From positions 89,187 to 113,186 of the forward strand of contig NZ_JIAI01000018.1 of the NCBI RefSeq assembly GCF_000620785.1: a DNA stretch of 24,000 nucleotides, written 5' to 3'. The notes under the pieces were generated by a model. The model searched no databases, was not told the DNA's origin, and saw only the letters and a program-made list of their open reading frames with translations. A program made the translations under genes and the position numbers. Below, piece by piece: positions 1 through 7,304 of the stretch (position 1 is the stretch's first letter; every line of letters starts with the position of its first letter). This stretch comes from Pseudonocardia acaciae DSM 45401. Its GTDB lineage: Bacteria > Actinomycetota > Actinomycetes > Mycobacteriales > Pseudonocardiaceae.

Positions 1-2
1 AC

Positions 3-1115
3 GTGCACACCATCGGCGCCGGGGGCGGCGCGATCGCCTGGGTGGACCCCGGCGGGAACCTCAGGGTGGGGCCGCGCAGCGCCGGCGCCCGGCCCGGGCC
101 GGCCTGCTACGGCGAGGGCGGCACCGAGCCCACCGTCACCGACGCCGACCTGGTGCTCGGCATCATCAACCCGGCGAACTTCCTGGGCGGCCGCAAGAAG
201 CTGGACACCTCGCTCGCCCGCGATGCCATCGCCGAGCGCCTGGCCGGCCCGCTGGGCATGTCCGTCGACGAGGCGGCCGCCGCCGTCTACGAGATCCAGA
301 ACGCCCAGACCGCCGACCTGGTGCGCAAGGTGGTGGTCAACTCCGGCCAGGACCCCAGGGACTTCTCCCTCTACGCGTTCGGCGGCGCCGGCCCGATGCA
401 CTGCGCCCGCTACGCCCGCGACCTCGGGGCGCGCCAGGTCGTCGTGCCCCTCGGCTCCACCGCGGCGGTGTTCTCCGCCTACGGGCTGGCCACCTCGGAC
501 ATCGTGCTCACCGCCGAACGGTCCGAGCCGGCCGCGATGCCGGTCGACCCGTCGGCGTTCACCGAGGCGTTCCGTGGCCTGGAGGCCGAGCTGGAGAACC
601 GGCTGGCCGAGCAGGGCCTGGCCTTCCGGGCGATCCGCTACGAGCGCGAGGCCGACCTGCGCTACACCATGCAGCTGGCCGAGGTGTCCACCCCGGTGCC
701 GGCCGGAGCGCTCGACGCGGACGCGGTCACCCTGGTCGGCGCCGAGTTCGAACGGCGCTACGAGGAGCTCTACGGAAAGGGCACCGGGTTCCCGGACGCC
801 GGGCTGCAAGTGATCACCTATCGGGTCCGCGCCGTCGGCACCCTGCCGATCCGCCCCGAGCTGCCCCAGCACGCCCCTCGCGCCGGCGAGCCGATCTCGT
901 CGGGCACCCGCGAGGTGCTGCTGGACATCACCCACGGCGTCCAGCGGACCGCGATCTACGACTACCGCGCGCTCGGCGCCGGCCACCGGATCGACGGCCC
1001 CGCCATCGTCGAGGCGCCCACCACCACCGTGGCGCTGCCGCCGGGCACCCGCGGTGTGGTGGATCGGCTGGGAAACCTGGTTCTCGACCTCACGTCCGGG
1101 AAGGAGAGCGCGTGA
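3..1115 (+). CDS. Hydantoinase/oxoprolinase A-family subunit (HyuA-type; beta-like subunit of acetone/acetophenone-carboxylase-type enzymes), 5'-truncated by the window edge
   Basis: The frame is open to the left window edge. The translation (GAGGGAIAWVDPGGNLRVGPRSAG..GTEPTVTDADLVLG..LYAFGGAGPMH) matches the conserved core of the hydantoinase_A family as I know it. Third codon positions are almost all G/C. Stop TGA 1113-1115 overlaps the next start (GTGATG). Confidence 0.85.
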   Translation: MHTIGAGGGAIAWVDPGGNLRVGPRSAGARPGPACYGEGGTEPTVTDADLVLGIINPANFLGGRKKLDTSLARDAIAERLAGPLGMSVDEAAAAVYEIQNAQTADLVRKVVVNSGQDPRDFSLYAFGGAGPMHCARYARDLGARQVVVPLGSTAAVFSAYGLATSDIVLTAERSEPAAMPVDPSAFTEAFRGLEAELENRLAEQGLAFRAIRYEREADLRYTMQLAEVSTPVPAGALDADAVTLVGAEFERRYEELYGKGTGFPDAGLQVITYRVRAVGTLPIRPELPQHAPRAGEPISSGTREVLLDITHGVQRTAIYDYRALGAGHRIDGPAIVEAPTTTVALPPGTRGVVDRLGNLVLDLTSGKESA

Positions 1116-3064
1116 TGCCCGTCATCCCGATCGCCGGTTCCGAGCGGTTCGCCCAGCCCTCGGCGCCGCTCGACCCCGAGCAGACCTTCGGCGAGCTCAC
1201 CCTGCACCGGGGGGAGCGGGACGTCGACGCACTGACCTACGAGGTGATCCGGCACCGGCTGGTGGCGATCACCGACGACATGGGCGACGCGATCAAGCGC
1301 ATGTCCGGGTCGGTCGTGGTCACCGACTGCAACGACTTCGGCGCCGGGATCATGGACGAGGCCGGCGAGACCGTGCAGGTCGGCCTGTACAACATGCAGC
1401 TCGGCGCCTCGCTGGACATGGCGGCCCGCTGGACCCTGGCCAACCGGTCGACCAGCCCGGGGATCCACCCCGGCGACCAGTTCCTGCTCAACGACCCGTG
1501 GATCGGCGGCGGGCTGCACCAGAACGACGTCACGGTCCTCGCACCGCTGTTCCACGACGGCCGGCTGTTCTGCTGGACCGGCGCGGTGGCCCACCAGGTC
1601 GACCTCGGCGGGGTCTCCCCGGGCAGCTGGTCGGTCGAGGGCCACGACGTGTTCTGGGAGTCGCTGCCCATCCCGCCGGTGGCCATCGTCGAGCGTGGCC
1701 GGCTGCGCGCCGACGTCGAGGACATGTACCTGCGCCGCTCGCGGGTCCCCAAGCTGGTCGGGCTGGACCTGCGCGCCAAGATCGGCGCCAACAACGTCGC
1801 CCACGAGCGGCTCACCGCCCTGATCGACAAGTACGGGCCGGACACCGTCAAGGCCGTGATGAAACGCATGATGGCCGACGCCGAGACCCGGCTGCGGGCC
1901 AAGCTGCGGCTGCTGCCCGACGGCGAGTGGTCCTCGGTCGCCCACCAGGACGGCGCCCGCGCCGGCGACCGGGACATCCACAAGATCGTCGTGCGGATGA
2001 CCAAGCGCGCCGACCGGCTGAGCTTCGACTTCACCGGCACCGACCCGCAGGTCGAAGGCATCATCAACTGCACCCTGGCCGGGCTGCGCGGCGGGATCCT
2101 GCCGATCGTGCTGACCATGCTCTGCCCCGACATCCCGTGGGCACCGGGCGGCATCTACCGCTGCCTCGACATCGTCAGCGAACCCGGCACCATCAACAAC
2201 TGCACCTTCCCCGCCGGGATCGGGAAGGCCTCGGTGAACTCCGCGTGGGCCACCCAGAACGCCGTCTCCGAGACCGTCGCCGCGATGCTCGCCACCCATC
2301 CCGAGCTGAGCCGCTCGGCGATGAGCGTGTGCAGCGGCACCTGGGACCTGACCCTGCTGGCCGGGGTCGACCAGCGCGGCGGCGGGTTCGCCACCATGCT
2401 CTGCGACGCCATGGCCGGCGGGCTGGGCGCCAAGGTGGACGGCGACGGGGTGGACACCGGCGGGGAGAACTGCATCCCGATGGGCCGCGTCGCCGACGTG
2501 GAGATCAACGAGTTCAGCTTCCCCATGCTGTACCTGTGGCGGCGCGAGGAGGTCGACTCCGGCGGCCCCGGCCGCCACCGGGGCGGCGTCGGCGCCTCGA
2601 GCTGCTTCATCCCCTACGACACGCCCGCCGGCGCGGTGCACCTCGTGGTGTCGGCCAATGGCAAGGCCGTCCCCCAGGCGCCCGGGCTGTCCGGGGGCTA
2701 CCCGGCGGCGACCCAGTGGGACGTGCTGGTCCGCGACTCGTCCGCGCGCCGCCAACTGGCCGAGGGCACCATCCCGTCCCGGCTGGAGGACCTCGGCGGC
2801 CGGCCGGACACCCTGCCGCCGCACCTGGAGACCGACCTCGGCGCGGACGACGTCTACTTCACCCACTGGCAGGGCGGCGGCGGGCTCGGCGACCCGCTGC
2901 TGCGCGAGCCGGAGGCCGTCGCCCGCGACGTGGCGCTGGGGAAGGTGTCCGCTCGGGGCGCCGAGCAGGTCTACGGCGTGCGCCTGCGAGGCCCGGGGGT
3001 CGACGTCCCCGGTACCGAACGCCTTCGCCAGCGGCTGCGGCGCGAGCGCGCCGGCCTGTCCTGA
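1115..3064 (+). CDS. Hydantoinase B/oxoprolinase-family subunit (HyuB-type; alpha-like subunit of acetone-carboxylase-type enzymes)
   Basis: A 649-codon ORF with hydantoinase_B-like segments (LNDPWIGGGLHQNDV, FDFTGTDPQVEGIINC, WQGGGGLGDP). GGAGAG at 1103-1108 lies 6 nt before ATG 1115. GTG 1112 is the alternative start and would give a GTGA overlap. GC3 is strong. Confidence 0.85.
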   Translation: MPVIPIAGSERFAQPSAPLDPEQTFGELTLHRGERDVDALTYEVIRHRLVAITDDMGDAIKRMSGSVVVTDCNDFGAGIMDEAGETVQVGLYNMQLGASLDMAARWTLANRSTSPGIHPGDQFLLNDPWIGGGLHQNDVTVLAPLFHDGRLFCWTGAVAHQVDLGGVSPGSWSVEGHDVFWESLPIPPVAIVERGRLRADVEDMYLRRSRVPKLVGLDLRAKIGANNVAHERLTALIDKYGPDTVKAVMKRMMADAETRLRAKLRLLPDGEWSSVAHQDGARAGDRDIHKIVVRMTKRADRLSFDFTGTDPQVEGIINCTLAGLRGGILPIVLTMLCPDIPWAPGGIYRCLDIVSEPGTINNCTFPAGIGKASVNSAWATQNAVSETVAAMLATHPELSRSAMSVCSGTWDLTLLAGVDQRGGGFATMLCDAMAGGLGAKVDGDGVDTGGENCIPMGRVADVEINEFSFPMLYLWRREEVDSGGPGRHRGGVGASSCFIPYDTPAGAVHLVVSANGKAVPQAPGLSGGYPAATQWDVLVRDSSARRQLAEGTIPSRLEDLGGRPDTLPPHLETDLGADDVYFTHWQGGGGLGDPLLREPEAVARDVALGKVSARGAEQVYGVRLRGPGVDVPGTERLRQRLRRERAGLS

Positions 3065-3075
3065 AGGGAACCACC

Positions 3076-3357
3076 ATGGACGTGGACCTGAACCTCACGG
3101 TCGCCGCCGACGGGCACGTCGGGTGCCGACACTGCGGTGCCCGGGTCGGGACGTCGAGCGCCACCCCGCTCGACCTGGCGAGGCGCTCCGAGCGGCCGTC
3201 CACCGCCGCCGGACCGGGGGTGCATGCCGACCCCGCCCGGTTCACCGACCGCCCGATCGCCCTGCGCCAGGCGTTCTGCCCCGGCTGCCTGGTGCTGCTG
3301 CACACCGAGATCGTCCCCGCCGACGAACCCACGTATCGAGAATGGAGCCTGCGATGA
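3076..3357 (+). CDS. Small Cys4 (zinc-ribbon-like) protein, acetone carboxylase gamma-subunit-like
   Basis: This ORF has no entry of its own in the ORF track. It is the last 93 codons of the 767-aa shadow ORF 1054-3357. ATG 3076 follows AAGGGA (3064-3069) by 6 nt and lies 11 nt after the hyuB stop. There are two Cys pairs, C17-R-H-C20 and C68-P-G-C71. The F-C-P-G-C-x-x-L-L-x-x-E context resembles the AcxC family (PF08882) as I remember it. GC3 is high. Its stop overlaps the next start (ATGA 3354-3357). Confidence 0.6.
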   Translation: MDVDLNLTVAADGHVGCRHCGARVGTSSATPLDLARRSERPSTAAGPGVHADPARFTDRPIALRQAFCPGCLVLLHTEIVPADEPTYREWSLR

Positions 3358-4115
3358 CCGCGCGTGGCCTGGCAGGAAAGGCGGTCGTCGTCACCGGCGC
3401 CGCCCAGGGAATCGGCGCGGGCTACGCCCGCCGGCTGGTCGAGGAGGGCTGCCACGTCGTGCTCGCCGACCGCAACGCCGACGCGGTGCGCGCCACCGCC
3501 GCCGGCCTGACCGGCCCCGGCAAGGCGACCTGCGCCGTGGTGGACGTGGCCGACCCGGACAGCTGCGCGGCCCTGGCTCGGCTGGTCGAGGACGAGCACG
3601 GGCAGCTCGACGGACTGATCAACAACGCGGCGGTGTTCTCCACGATCGAGATGAAGCCGTTCTGGGAGATCACTCCCGCCGAGTGGGACGCCGTCCTCGC
3701 CGTCAACCTCAAGGGGCCGTGGCTGGTCGTCTCCGCGCTGCTGGCGCCGCTGCGCAGGTCCGGCTCGGCCAGCGTGGTCAACGTGGGCTCCGACGCCGTC
3801 CTCATGGGCCGGCAGGGCTACCTGCACTACGTGGCGAGCAAGGGCGGCGTGCAGGGCATGACGTACTCCATGGCCCACGAGCTCGGTCAGTTCGGGATTC
3901 GGGTCAACACGCTCTCGCCCGGACCGGTCTACACCGAGGTCCCCCGAGGCACCGTCAGCCCGGCGCAGCGACAGGCGATGATCGACGCGCAGGCGCTGCA
4001 CCGCACCGCCGACCCCGACGACATGGTCGGGCTCGCCGCCTTCCTGCTCTGCGACGACAGCGCCTACCTCACCGGCCAGACCATCAGCGTCAACGGCGGC
4101 CTGGTGCACCGATGA
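3354..4115 (+). CDS. Short-chain dehydrogenase/reductase (classical SDR, FabG-like)
   Basis: Motifs TGAAQGIGAGYA (cofactor-binding Gly motif), NNAAV and YxxxK (YVASKGG). The ATGA overlap with the upstream stop favours ATG 3354. An in-frame ATG at 3342 is an alternative. The stop overlaps the next start (ATGA 4112-4115). Confidence 0.85.
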   Translation: MTARGLAGKAVVVTGAAQGIGAGYARRLVEEGCHVVLADRNADAVRATAAGLTGPGKATCAVVDVADPDSCAALARLVEDEHGQLDGLINNAAVFSTIEMKPFWEITPAEWDAVLAVNLKGPWLVVSALLAPLRRSGSASVVNVGSDAVLMGRQGYLHYVASKGGVQGMTYSMAHELGQFGIRVNTLSPGPVYTEVPRGTVSPAQRQAMIDAQALHRTADPDDMVGLAAFLLCDDSAYLTGQTISVNGGLVHR

Positions 4116-4801
4116 GCGACGACATCCGTGAGCTGGTCAGCCTCGCCTCCCGCATCCTCGGAACCGCCGACCAGGGCGACCTGATCTGGGGGCACGCCTC
4201 GGCGCGCGACCCGGGGGGACGGGGGGCGTGGCTCAAGGCCAGCGGCTGGAGCCTGGACGAGACCACTCCGGACCGGGTCCAGCTGGTCGACGAGGACGGC
4301 ACCGTGCTGGACGGCGACGGGCCGCGACACAGTGAGTACCCGATCCACACCGAGATCCTCGCCGCCCGGCCCGACGTGGGCGCCGTGGTACACACCCACT
4401 CGCCGTACGCGGTCGCGCTGGCCGCCGCCGGGGTGGAGCTGCTGCCGGTCAGCCACGCCGCCAACTACTTCGTGCCACCGTCCGTACCGAGGTTCACCGC
4501 CACCGCCGACCTGATCCTGACCCGCGAGCTGGGCCGGCGGCTCGCCGCCACCCTCGGCCAGGCCACCGCGGTGTTCCTGGTCAACCACGGCGTCGTCACG
4601 GTCGGGCCCGACCTGCGCCACGCCACCGTCGCCGCCGTCCTCCTCGAACGCGCCGCCCACCAGCAATGGCTCACCCGCGGCTTCGGCGGCTGGCCGACCT
4701 GGTCCGGACCGGAGGAGTCCCTCGCCAAACGCGGCCACATCTACCACGACCAGGCCGTCATCCAGGTGTGGGACCACCTGGTCCGCCGACTGGGGCTCTA
4801 G
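4112..4801 (+). CDS. Class II aldolase/adducin-family protein (aldolase, epimerase or decarboxylase fold)
   Basis: The motifs EYPIHTEI and VVHTHSPYAVALA (a metal-binding His cluster) are typical of the FucA/AraD-like class II aldolase fold. It is translationally coupled to the SDR. Stop TAG 4799-4801. Confidence 0.85.
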   Translation: MSDDIRELVSLASRILGTADQGDLIWGHASARDPGGRGAWLKASGWSLDETTPDRVQLVDEDGTVLDGDGPRHSEYPIHTEILAARPDVGAVVHTHSPYAVALAAAGVELLPVSHAANYFVPPSVPRFTATADLILTRELGRRLAATLGQATAVFLVNHGVVTVGPDLRHATVAAVLLERAAHQQWLTRGFGGWPTWSGPEESLAKRGHIYHDQAVIQVWDHLVRRLGL

Positions 4802-5796
4802 ATCACGTAGCTCTCCAGGGTCTCGGGCACGAAGAGCTCGTCGGGGGCGAGGCGGCGGTCGGTGAGGCCCTGTTCGTGGACGTAGCGGAGGAAGACGCCC
4901 AGGGTCGCGCGGTTGGGTTCGAGTCCGTAGGGCCAGAAGTCGGTGCCGAGCAGTTGTCTGGTCCGCTCCACCTCGTCGTAGAGCCAGGGCAGCATGTAGC
5001 GGTTCGCGGCGGTCTCGTTCATCCGCTCCTCGGTGGCGGCCTTGGCCCGCTCGAAGGCCGTGTAGAGCGAGCGGGCCAGCCATCGCCCGCGCTCGTACAC
5101 GTCGCGGCGGAGCACCACCAGGTGCATGATCGGGAAGATGCCGGTCTCGGCGGCGTAGCGCTGCTCGGCCGCGCGCGGGTCCTCGAACAGCCGCCGGACC
5201 TCGGGGCGGCCCTCGAGCAGGGGGCGCGGGGTGCGTGGCGCGTAGAGCGCGTCGATCTCCCCGGTGACCAGCATGTCGGCCAGCGTGCGGTCGGGTGGGA
5301 TCGGCGCGATGTCGATCTCGGGTGGCAGGCTGAGCCGTTGCTTCTCCACCCGCCCCGGCCGGTGCATACCGCCGGTGCGGTAGCGCACCGAGGACACCGG
5401 GACGTCGTAGTGGTCGGCGAGGATGCCTCGGATCCACACCGCGGCGGTGAGCTGGTACTCGGGCACGCCGACGGTCCGCCCGACCAGGTCGGACGGTTTC
5501 TCGATGCCGCTGTGGGCGTGGATGTAGATGCCGTTGTGCCGGAACGCGCGCGACGGGAACACCGGGATGGCCCGCATCGGCGTGCGCTCCGGGTCCGCCG
5601 CCAGCGCGGTGACGTAGGAGGACAGCGACATCTCGGCGGCCTCGAACTCCTGGTGGCGCAGCATCCGGAAGAAGGTCTCCTCGACCGGCAGGCACAGGTA
5701 GGTCAGGTCCACCCCCTCCGGGCGCACCGAGCCGTCCGCGAGCGGCTGCGTGCGGTCGTAGTCCCAGCAGGCCAGGGTGATCGGGATGCGGGTCAT
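4798..5796 (-). CDS. 4,5-dihydroxyphthalate decarboxylase-like protein (OphC/Pht5 type, NMT1/periplasmic-binding-like fold)
   Basis: This gene is the last 332 codons of track ORF 4798-7224. The N-terminus MTRIPITLACWDYDRTQPLADGSVRPEGVDL..EETFFRMLRHQEFEAAEMSLSSY matches the conserved N-terminal pattern I recall for this family. ATG 5794-5796 overlaps the upstream MFS stop (ATGA). Confidence 0.75.
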   Translation of the reverse strand: MTRIPITLACWDYDRTQPLADGSVRPEGVDLTYLCLPVEETFFRMLRHQEFEAAEMSLSSYVTALAADPERTPMRAIPVFPSRAFRHNGIYIHAHSGIEKPSDLVGRTVGVPEYQLTAAVWIRGILADHYDVPVSSVRYRTGGMHRPGRVEKQRLSLPPEIDIAPIPPDRTLADMLVTGEIDALYAPRTPRPLLEGRPEVRRLFEDPRAAEQRYAAETGIFPIMHLVVLRRDVYERGRWLARSLYTAFERAKAATEERMNETAANRYMLPWLYDEVERTRQLLGTDFWPYGLEPNRATLGVFLRYVHEQGLTDRRLAPDELFVPETLESYVI

Positions 5797-7148
5797 GCTG
5801 TCCCTTCTGACGGCGACGGGCCCATGCGTGCCTGACGGGCGTGACGGGCCTGACGGAGTGCGGCGGCGGCCAGGCCACCGACCAGGCACACGGCGCCGAG
5901 CACGGCGAACACACCGGCGACCGGCCAGGCGGCGGCGACCAGGGCGGCCACCAGCAACGGCCCGACGAACGAGCCGACCCGCCCGACGCCGAGCGCCCAG
6001 CCGACGCCGGTGGAGCGGATCGCCGTCCGGTACGCCACCGCGGCGAGGCCGATGACGCCCGAGCTGGCGCAGCCCAGGCCCACGCCGATCAGGATCTGCA
6101 TCCCGATCACCCCGGAGACCGACGGGGCGGCCACCCCGATGCCCGTGACACCGGCCGCGGCCAGCGCGAACGCCGAAGGGAGGACCCGCCGGACACCGAA
6201 CCGGGTGATCAGCCAGCCGCCGGCGGCCGTGGCGACGACGCTGCCGGCGTTGAACAGCGCCAGCGCCACCGCCGTGCGTGCGACCGGCACGCCGAGCGGG
6301 GCGAGCAGCGTGGGCGTCCAGGAGGAGTTGACCACGAGCACCCCGAACGAGGTGAAGGACGCGGCCCACAGCAACAGGGTGTTCGCCCGGCGCCCGGTGG
6401 CGAAGAGCTGGCCCACCGGGGCTCGCCGCTCCCGCTGTTCGACACCGGTGAAACGGGTGGACGCGTCGATCGTCAGCTCCGGGGCGACCCTGGCCAGGGT
6501 GCGCGCGATCCGCCGCACCGGCGCCCGGCGTGCCACCAGGAAGACCGGCGACTCGGGCAGCGACACCACGACGACCACCGCGACCACGAGCGGCGCGATC
6601 CCGCCGACCAGGAACAGGCCGTGCCAGCCCGCGGTGGGGATCAGCCGGCTGCCCAGCAGCCCGGCGAGCACACCGCCGACCGGGAAGCCGGCGAAGAGCA
6701 GACCGGCGACCGTGGCGCGGCGGTGGGCCGGCACGAACTCCGAGGCGAGGCTGATCGCGGACGGTATCGCGGCACCGAGCCCGAGCCCGGTGGCGAACCG
6801 AAAGGCCAGCAGCGCCGTGACGGCGTTCGCGGCCATCGTGGCCAGCGTGAACGCACCGAAGCAGAGCACCGCCGCGACCAGGACGACCTTGCGACCCACC
6901 CGGTCGGCCAGCGGCGCGAGCACCAGGCCGCCGATCGCCATGCCCGCGATCGCCGCCGAGAAGACCGCGCCCAGGCTGGCCGCCGGGATGCGCAGGTCGG
7001 CGGCGATGGCCGGCGCCGCCAGCCCGATGATCTGCAGGTCCATCCCGTCGAACAGCGCCACCAGCGCGCACAGCACCACCACCAGAGCCCTGACCGGGCC
7101 GATGCGCGGCCGCCCCATCAGCTCGCCGAGGTGGACCGTCCCGGTCAT
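5793..7148 (-). CDS. MFS transporter, aromatic acid:H+ symporter (AAHS, PcaK-like) family
   Basis: The sequence FDGMDLQIIGLAAPAIAADL..LADRVGRKVVL and about 12 hydrophobic segments fit this family. ATG 7146-7148 is preceded by GGGAGG (complement of 7155-7160) at 6 nt. The longer track start at 7235 lacks an RBS and lies in the AT-rich promoter patch. Confidence 0.85.
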   Translation of the reverse strand: MTGTVHLGELMGRPRIGPVRALVVVLCALVALFDGMDLQIIGLAAPAIAADLRIPAASLGAVFSAAIAGMAIGGLVLAPLADRVGRKVVLVAAVLCFGAFTLATMAANAVTALLAFRFATGLGLGAAIPSAISLASEFVPAHRRATVAGLLFAGFPVGGVLAGLLGSRLIPTAGWHGLFLVGGIAPLVVAVVVVVSLPESPVFLVARRAPVRRIARTLARVAPELTIDASTRFTGVEQRERRAPVGQLFATGRRANTLLLWAASFTSFGVLVVNSSWTPTLLAPLGVPVARTAVALALFNAGSVVATAAGGWLITRFGVRRVLPSAFALAAAGVTGIGVAAPSVSGVIGMQILIGVGLGCASSGVIGLAAVAYRTAIRSTGVGWALGVGRVGSFVGPLLVAALVAAAWPVAGVFAVLGAVCLVGGLAAAALRQARHARQARMGPSPSEGTA

Positions 7149-7304
7149 CGTCGACCTCCCTGGCGTCCGCCCCGCGCCGGCAGTTCCGACCCACCGTACA
7201 GCCCAGCGCGGCGGGCGATCGCAAAAGCGAAACAAATACTAGCCGTTCGGATTGAAGCTGTTGTAGTCTCCTGACGCTGCTACTGGCGAGGAGGCGCGGC
7301 CGCG
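7149..7304. promoter_or_regulatory. Divergent promoter/operator region between the MFS-decarboxylase operon (-) and the Rieske oxygenase operon (+)
   Basis: A 156-bp non-coding gap flanked by divergent starts, each with a strong Shine-Dalgarno (GGGAGG for the minus gene, GAGGAGG 7288-7294 for the plus gene). It contains an AT-rich island at about 7221-7270, unusual for this DNA. It also contains a degenerate GAAAC-N26-GTTGT element at 7229-7264. I could not assign -35/-10 boxes confidently. Confidence 0.5.

Noticed and set aside
962-5914. Long minus-strand ORFs 962-2866, 2859-4109 and 4064-5914, and the plus-strand out-of-frame ORFs 223-813, 2658-3353 (5' part), 3137-4111 (5' part) and 4666-5835.
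   Set aside because: These are shadows of hyuA, hyuB, the SDR, the aldolase and the decarboxylase genes. They have no motifs and a low-complexity Arg/Pro/Ala composition. For ORFs 2658-4115 and 3137-4801, only the 3' portions downstream of the coupled ATGs (3354 and 4112) are genuine.
4798-7224. An 808-aa minus-strand ORF that would suggest a large fusion protein ending in the decarboxylase-like domain.
   Set aside because: The N-terminal 476 residues are an out-of-frame shadow of the MFS gene (5793-7148). The real gene starts at ATG 5796, which is coupled to the MFS stop (ATGA) and preceded by AAGGGA.
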